Assembly: GCA_001871195.1 (NCBI GenBank)
Contig: MNXA01000045.1
Span: forward strand, 21,845-45,844
Length of the DNA stretch: 24,000 nt
Direction of reading: 5' to 3'
From: Zetaproteobacteria bacterium CG1_02_55_237
GTDB lineage: Bacteria > Pseudomonadota > Zetaproteobacteria > Mariprofundales > Mariprofundaceae
The position numbers were made by a program, and so were the translations under genes. Each line of letters begins with the position of its first letter. Position 1 is the first letter of the stretch. The notes under the pieces are model-generated. The model was given only the letters and a program-made list of their open reading frames with translations. It was not told the DNA's origin and made no database searches. Shown here piece after piece: positions 19,203 through 24,000 of this stretch.

Positions 19203-20112
19203 GTTCACCCCCTTCCCGGCTTTCTGCCTGCGATCCTGTTTCTGTTAACTGCTTGCGGATGGCTTCTAATTCCTTATGCCGTTCCCGGGTGACTTCCGGG
19301 TAAGCCATGTTCAGCCCCTGAAACAACTCAAGCACAATCCGGGAAACAATCAGTCGGGCATGTTTTTTATCGTCAGCCGGAACAACATACCAGGGCGCAT
19401 GATCCGTGCTTGTCGCACTCAGACATGCCTCATAGGCCTTTTGATACTGCTTCCAGCATTTCCTTTCACGCATGTCCGCAAGGCTGAACTTCCAGTTCTT
19501 GTCAGGCTGATCAATGCGTTTAAGAAAACGCTTTTGCTGCTCTGTTTTCGACAGATGCAGGAATATCTTGATGATGCGGGTGCCATTGCGATAAAGATGC
19601 TCCTCCATATCCACGATGGAGCGATAGCGCTCATCCCAGATGGCATTCTCGTCGAGAAGATCATCCGGCAGCCATTGGCTGTCGAGCAGCTCCGGATGCA
19701 CACGCACGACCAGCACCTCTTCGTAGTATGAACGATTGAAAATACCGATCCGCCCGCGTTCCGGCAGACGGCAGTTCGAACGCCAGAGAAAGTCATGCTT
19801 TAACTCTTCACTGCTCGGCTGCTTAAAGCTGAAAACCTGACAGCCCTGGGGATTTACTCCGGACATGACATGCCGGATCGCGCCGTCTTTACCACCTGCA
19901 TCCATACCCTGAAAAATAAGCAGCACAGCATGGCGGCCGGATGCATAGTGCAGGCGCTGCAAGGCGCTCAATTCCTTAACCTGTTTTTTCAGCTGTTTTT
20001 TATACTGCTTCCCGGACTCGAAAACAGGCTCATCTTTCGTTTTCCGTTTTGTGAGACTGAGCTTTTCTCCGGGACACACGCGCAACGCGGTTAAGGGGAT
20101 GTTCGTCGCCAT
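19186..20112 (-). CDS. ppk2: Polyphosphate kinase 2 family protein
   Basis: 308 aa. P-loop [11 protein letters not shown], plus [32 protein letters not shown] and [16 protein letters not shown], which are canonical single-domain PPK2 motifs. Strong SD (AAAAGGAGG) 5 nt upstream. Confidence 0.93.
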   Translation of the reverse strand: MATNIPLTALRVCPGEKLSLTKRKTKDEPVFESGKQYKKQLKKQVKELSALQRLHYASGRHAVLLIFQGMDAGGKDGAIRHVMSGVNPQGCQVFSFKQPSSEELKHDFLWRSNCRLPERGRIGIFNRSYYEEVLVVRVHPELLDSQWLPDDLLDENAIWDERYRSIVDMEEHLYRNGTRIIKIFLHLSKTEQQKRFLKRIDQPDKNWKFSLADMRERKCWKQYQKAYEACLSATSTDHAPWYVVPADDKKHARLIVSRIVLELFQGLNMAYPEVTRERHKELEAIRKQLTETGSQAESREGGEHVDSI

Positions 20113-20311
20113 ACGCTCCTCCTTTTCATCCGGGCGAGTATTCGCCCCGAGGCAGAGCTGATCACATCGGGAACCGGATTTTTATCCGCCTGCTTCCCGC
20201 AGCGTTGGCTTCATTCAGAAGGCAGAATCTGTTCCAAACTAACACCTGTTCTTCCACTATAAACCTTCTGGCGGCCAGATACCACATAAGACCGGGGAGT
20301 TCCTGACTGGC

Positions 20312-20369
20312 CACGGTTAAACCGTGAAGCGCCACTGTTTTATAAACAGCATGCACCTTTATTAAAGGT
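20312..20369. promoter_or_regulatory. Cluster of three distinct palindromes (candidate operator sites) in the PPK2/gltX divergent region
   Basis: CACGGTT-A-AACCGTG (20312-20326, perfect 7-1-7). CTGTTT-TAT-AAACAG (20335-20349, 6-3-6). ACCTTTA-T-TAAAGGT (20355-20369, perfect 7-1-7). They sit in the most AT-rich stretch of the window (18 G+C in 20341-20400 by my count). Confidence 0.45.
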
Positions 20370-20530
20370 AATAAACATCAAAGTGCTGAATATCTGTTTG
20401 TGGCCGATTTATGCCTTTGAGGAATGAGGGCCCTGGGCAGGAACGACTGATGTTTTTGCTTGCGTGGATTTCGGTTACCATGCGTCGCAACTGAGATTGC
20501 AGGCTTAAAGTTCATCTCTATGGAGCTCCA

Positions 20531-21922
20531 ATGACCATTCGTACCCGTTTCGCCCCTTCGCCGACCGGCATGCTGCATATTGGCGGTGCCCGCACGGCAC
20601 TGTTCTCCTGGCTTTATGCCCGCCATCTGGGTGGCGAATTTGTGCTGCGCATTGAGGATACCGATCTGGAGCGCTCCACCGATGAGGCCACGCAGGTGAT
20701 TCTCGATGGCCTGAAATGGCTGGGGCTGGATTGGGATGGCGAGCCGGTGTTTCAGGGCTTAAGAAAAGCCGAACACGTGGTTGCCGCCGAGCAGTTGATT
20801 GAGGAAGGCCATGCCTACCGTTGCTATTGCAGTCGTGAGGAATTGGATGCCATGCGTGAGGAGCAGCGCGCGAATGGTGAGAAGCCGAAGTATGACGGGC
20901 GCTGCCGGCATCGTTCAGACCGCCCCGAGGGCGCGCCCTTTGTGGTGCGTTTCCGCTCGCCCGATGAAGGCGAAACCGTGGTCCGCGATATGGTGCTGGG
21001 CGATGTGGTGTTCAACAACGCCGAGCTGGACGATCTGATTATCCTGCGCTCCGATGGGAGCCCGACCTACAATCTGGCCGTGGTGGCCGATGATGCGGCC
21101 ATGGGCATCACACATGTGGTGCGCGGTTCCGATCATCTGAACAACACGCCGCGCCAGATTCAGCTGTATCAGGCCTTGGGCCTCACACCGCCGCAGTTTG
21201 CCCATATTCCGCTGATTCACGGTCCCGATGGCGCCAAGATGAGCAAGCGGCACGGTGCCGTGGCCATCACCGAATATCGCGAGGCAGGCTTTCTGCCTGA
21301 TGCCGTGGTCAACTATCTGGCCCGCCTCGGTTGGTCGCATGGCGACGATGAGGTGTTCAGCCGCCAGCAGCTGGTTGAATTGTTCGATCTGGCACAGGTT
21401 GGTAAAACAGCCTCACGTTTCGACCAGCAGAAGCTGGACTGGCTCAATGCGCATTATCTGCGTGAATCGGCGCCTGCCGAGCTGGCTGTACAGGTGGCCG
21501 GGTTGATGGATGTCGATACCGCCAATGGTCCTGATCTGGAGGCCGTGATTCCGACCCTGCAGGAACGCAGCAAAAACCTGCTGGAACTGGCTGCCGGGGC
21601 GCGCTTCTTCTACCAGCGGCCGCAGGCCTTCGATGAGAAGGCGGTGAACAAGAACTTCAAGCCGGAAACCGATGCCCTGCTCGATGCCTTTGTGCAGCAG
21701 GCTGCGGCCCTGGATGATTGGTCGGCGGAAACGATACATGCCCTGATTGCCGCGGTTTGCGAGCAGTTCGAGGCCGGCATGGGCAAGCTGGCGCAGCCGA
21801 TTCGCATCCTGATTTCCGGGGGTTCGGTCTCCCCGCCGATTGATGCCACGCTGGCCCTGCTCGGCCGGGCCGAAACACTGGAACGCATGCAGCAGGGCCG
21901 CGAAAAGCTCAGCGCCCGATAG
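20531..21922 (+). CDS. gltX: Glutamate--tRNA ligase
   Basis: 463 aa. HIGH motif in RFAPSPTGMLHIGGARTALF, KMSKS motif as GAKMSKRHG, plus RIEDTDLERS. Full-length class-I GluRS collinearity. Confidence 0.97.
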   Translation: MTIRTRFAPSPTGMLHIGGARTALFSWLYARHLGGEFVLRIEDTDLERSTDEATQVILDGLKWLGLDWDGEPVFQGLRKAEHVVAAEQLIEEGHAYRCYCSREELDAMREEQRANGEKPKYDGRCRHRSDRPEGAPFVVRFRSPDEGETVVRDMVLGDVVFNNAELDDLIILRSDGSPTYNLAVVADDAAMGITHVVRGSDHLNNTPRQIQLYQALGLTPPQFAHIPLIHGPDGAKMSKRHGAVAITEYREAGFLPDAVVNYLARLGWSHGDDEVFSRQQLVELFDLAQVGKTASRFDQQKLDWLNAHYLRESAPAELAVQVAGLMDVDTANGPDLEAVIPTLQERSKNLLELAAGARFFYQRPQAFDEKAVNKNFKPETDALLDAFVQQAAALDDWSAETIHALIAAVCEQFEAGMGKLAQPIRILISGGSVSPPIDATLALLGRAETLERMQQGREKLSAR

Positions 21923-21926
21923 CATT

Positions 21927-22421
21927 TTATTTCCCGTCCGGCTGTAGGTACAGATAGGTGTACCCGGCAGCCACACCAGCACCCTTGTTTTTGCCCTCAA
22001 CGGGTTGCATCAGGATGGTGCCCTTGCGGTTCTGGATGGGGGCGGTCTGGCCGGCTTGAACGCCGAACGTGGCATTGCCACCCAGACCCTCGTATTTACC
22101 GGTCAGCTGGTGTTTACCCGGGATGAATTGCTTGGCGAACACCGCGTAGCTCAGCGACGAGCTTCTGTCGAAGGCCACATCTATTCCGAAACCGATACCT
22201 GTTTCACCTTTGTATATCTCAATCGGGCCCCCGGATACAGGCGCGAAGGTGCACTCGACATTGCGCGTGGAATGAATCAGCAGGTTGATGCCAGTATGCG
22301 GCAGGATATCGCAGTCCAGTGTGCCGATGCGTGGCGGGGGCTTATCTTTTCCATCGGCCAGAGCATTGCCGGCCGGGAAGAGCAGCGCGATCAGACACAG
22401 GCCTGGAAGTATTCGATTCAT
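21927..22421 (-). CDS. Secreted DUF992-like protein
   Basis: 164 aa. Sec signal MNRILPGLCLIALLFPAGNALA, then IGTLDCDILPHTGINLLIHSTRNVECTFAP...YKGETGIGFGIDV, which resembles the DUF992 pattern (GxLxCxV...GFIFGSSxxLxCxF). Good SD (AAGGAGA). Family call from memory only. Confidence 0.65.
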   Translation of the reverse strand: MNRILPGLCLIALLFPAGNALADGKDKPPPRIGTLDCDILPHTGINLLIHSTRNVECTFAPVSGGPIEIYKGETGIGFGIDVAFDRSSSLSYAVFAKQFIPGKHQLTGKYEGLGGNATFGVQAGQTAPIQNRKGTILMQPVEGKNKGAGVAAGYTYLYLQPDGK

Positions 22422-22471
22422 GGCTATCTCCTTCTGACGGCATTTTCACCATGCGATATTTCCATTGTAGC

Positions 22472-23611
22472 CTAGGATAGCCGGTTGCGGAAATCCTCGT
22501 AGGTAAAGCGGCGCACCACTTCGATCTCGCCGGATTCGCGCAGGATGGCGATATCCGGATGGCGCACGCCATTGAACATGGTCGTCTTGACCATGGTGTA
22601 ATGAATCATGTCCTCGAAGACCAGTCTTGAGCCGGGTCTGAGCTCCTTATTGAAGGAATAGTCGCCAATCACATCGCCGGCCAGACATGAGGTGCCGCCG
22701 AGGCGGTAGGTGAAGGCCTTTTCTGTCGGCTGTCCGGAGCCGGTTATTATCGGTCGATAGGGTTGTTCGAGCACATCCGGCATATGCGCCGTGGCAGATA
22801 TATCGAGGATGGCAACGGGGAGTCCGTCGGTGGGCACTATATCCAGCACCGAGGTGACAAGTTCGCCGGTGCGCCAGGCCACAGCACCTCCCGGCTCCAG
22901 ATAAACCTCCACACCCCACTTTTCACGGAAATCGCTGATGCGACGGATCAGCAGGTCGACATCGTAATCCTTGTGTGTCATCAGATGCCCGCCGCCGAAA
23001 TTAACCCATTTCAGTTTCGGGATGTGATCGGCGAATTTCTTCTCGAAGGCGTCGATCAGGCGCACCGAGGATGCGGCCAGGTTCTCGCACAGGGCGTGTG
23101 CATGCAGCCCTTCCATCCCGCTGAGGTCGGTTCCAGCCAGATGTTCGGGGCGCACGCCGAGGCGAGAGCCGGAGAAGCAGGGGTTGTAGAGATCGGTTTC
23201 CACTTCGGCGATGCCCGGATTCACCCGGATGCCGCAGGAGATGCCCGCTGCCAGCGCCTTTGCTCCGAACTGCTGCCACTGGGCCACGGAGTTGAATACG
23301 ATATGCTCGGCCATGCTGCAGATTTCGTCGAATTCATCCTCGCGGAAGGCCGCTGAATAGATGTGGTTCTCGCCTTTGAATTCCTCGGCGGAAAGCTTCA
23401 GTTCATAAAGAGAGCTTGCTGTGCAGCCGGGTAGGTATTGCCGGACCATTGGAAAGGCTGACCACATGGAAAAGCCCTTCAGGGCGAGAATAATCTTGCA
23501 GCCGGCCTCAGCCTGAACCCGCCTGAGCACTTCTAGGTTGGCGCGCAGTTTGGCCTCCTCCAGCACATAGGCCGGGGAGGGGCAGGTGGCAATCCAGTCG
23601 GGTGTCTTCAT
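22472..23611 (-). CDS. nspC: Carboxynorspermidine/carboxyspermidine decarboxylase
   Basis: 379 aa, MKTPDWIATCPSPAYVLEEAKLRANLEVLRRVQAEAGCKIILALKGFSMW...NFGGGH...GGTSCLAGDVIG. This is the NspC-type PLP decarboxylase pattern. It lies downstream of a carboxynorspermidine dehydrogenase-like gene. Confidence 0.88.
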   Translation of the reverse strand: MKTPDWIATCPSPAYVLEEAKLRANLEVLRRVQAEAGCKIILALKGFSMWSAFPMVRQYLPGCTASSLYELKLSAEEFKGENHIYSAAFREDEFDEICSMAEHIVFNSVAQWQQFGAKALAAGISCGIRVNPGIAEVETDLYNPCFSGSRLGVRPEHLAGTDLSGMEGLHAHALCENLAASSVRLIDAFEKKFADHIPKLKWVNFGGGHLMTHKDYDVDLLIRRISDFREKWGVEVYLEPGGAVAWRTGELVTSVLDIVPTDGLPVAILDISATAHMPDVLEQPYRPIITGSGQPTEKAFTYRLGGTSCLAGDVIGDYSFNKELRPGSRLVFEDMIHYTMVKTTMFNGVRHPDIAILRESGEIEVVRRFTYEDFRNRLS

Positions 23612-23653
23612 TTATCCTTGTTACCTCTTTGCTCTCATTGCGTTTGTCACGAA

Positions 23654-23826
23654 TTATCTTTTTCTTTGCGTGCCCAAAGAAGAAGCAAGAAAGGGCACCC
23701 ACGGGTAGCTGTGAATTCCCGGTCCAGTCGCTTGCCCGTCGGGTGCAAACCGGGAATAAAGCCCCTTCTTTTTGCGCAAGGCCCGCCGGTCAAGCACCCG
23801 GGCCGGCACAGCTACACGCGGGACCC
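23654..23826. repeat. Structured intergenic repeat, copy 2
   Basis: Alignable to 5813-5986 in the same orientation. It has an 11-bp hairpin at 23658-23685 (one G.T pair) and a large hairpin at ~23698-23823 closed by GTAGCTGTG/CACAGCTAC. It occupies most of the 240-nt spacer between the CANSDH stop and the nspC start. Confidence 0.8.
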
Positions 23827-23851
23827 GTAGTCACCATACTCGCAGACGGTG

Positions 23852-24000
23852 TCAGGTCTGCGGGGAAATGTCGTCGAGCGGTTTGTAGGGCACATCCACC
23901 CAGGGCAGGCCGCAGGCATTCAGATCGCGCATGAAGGGATCGGGATCGAGCTGCTCCATATTCCACACGCCGGCTTGCATCCATGTGCCGGTAATCATCT
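23852..24000 (-). CDS. Carboxynorspermidine dehydrogenase (saccharopine dehydrogenase family), C-terminal 48 codons; the 5' part lies beyond the right edge
   Basis: Not in the ORF track. My translation of the minus strand gives ...MITGTWMQAGVWNMEQLDPDPFMRDLNACGLPWVDVPYKPLDDISPQT*, with the stop at 23854..23852. The VxNxEELDPDPF...GLPW tail is as I recall for CANSDH. Adjacency to nspC supports the call. Confidence 0.7.
   Translation of the reverse strand, partial: MITGTWMQAGVWNMEQLDPDPFMRDLNACGLPWVDVPYKPLDDISPQT

Noticed and set aside
20335-20349. CTGTTTTATAAACAG resembles a LexA SOS box.
   Set aside because: The gammaproteobacterial LexA box is CTGT-N8-ACAG (16 bp). This site is CTGT-N7-ACAG (15 bp), and no SOS gene is adjacent. 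It is kept only as an unassigned palindrome.
20162-20356. 64-aa minus-strand ORF in the PPK2/gltX intergenic region.
   Set aside because: It has no SD and no recognisable motif. It runs through the palindrome and hairpin region, so it is more likely non-coding leader or promoter DNA.

Overview
This looks like a chromosomal window from a proteobacterium, roughly 55-60% GC by eye (not computed). It is mostly core housekeeping genes with one accessory-looking minus-strand cluster.

Gene order, left to right:
- murJ (minus strand, 5' part only).
- rpsU / GatB-YqeY / dnaG / rpoD, the macromolecular-synthesis operon (plus strand).
- A minus-strand chain: cutA > ccdA > TIGR02449-like coiled-coil > zapA > 6S RNA (ssrS) > 5-formyl-THF cyclo-ligase > YmdB-like phosphoesterase.
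- acs followed closely by a 920-aa DUF748/AsmA-like membrane-anchored protein (plus strand).
- A co-directional minus-strand cluster: PPK2 > (alpha/alpha)6 glycosidase > STAS/SpoIIAA-like > P3A-type H+-ATPase > DUF1840.
- gltX (plus strand).
- Minus-strand carboxynorspermidine dehydrogenase (3' end only) > nspC > DUF992.

I found no rRNA, tRNA, CRISPR array, transposase, integrase or recognisable defence genes. I cannot point to a clearly defined novel multi-gene system.

The signals the gene list does not explain are:
1. A ~170-nt intergenic element present twice (5813-5986 and 23654-23826). It folds into a long imperfect hairpin whose arms differ between copies but stay complementary. One copy splits the polyamine operon.
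2. A degenerate direct duplication of the PPK2-3'/STAS-5' junction that brackets the glycosidase gene exactly, which looks like a gene-insertion scar.
3. Three different near-perfect 15-bp palindromes packed into 58 bp of the AT-rich PPK2/gltX divergent region.
4. The unusual PPK2-glycosidase-STAS-H+-ATPase-DUF1840 gene combination itself.

All calls rest on reading the sequence and on remembered family signatures. No searches were run.
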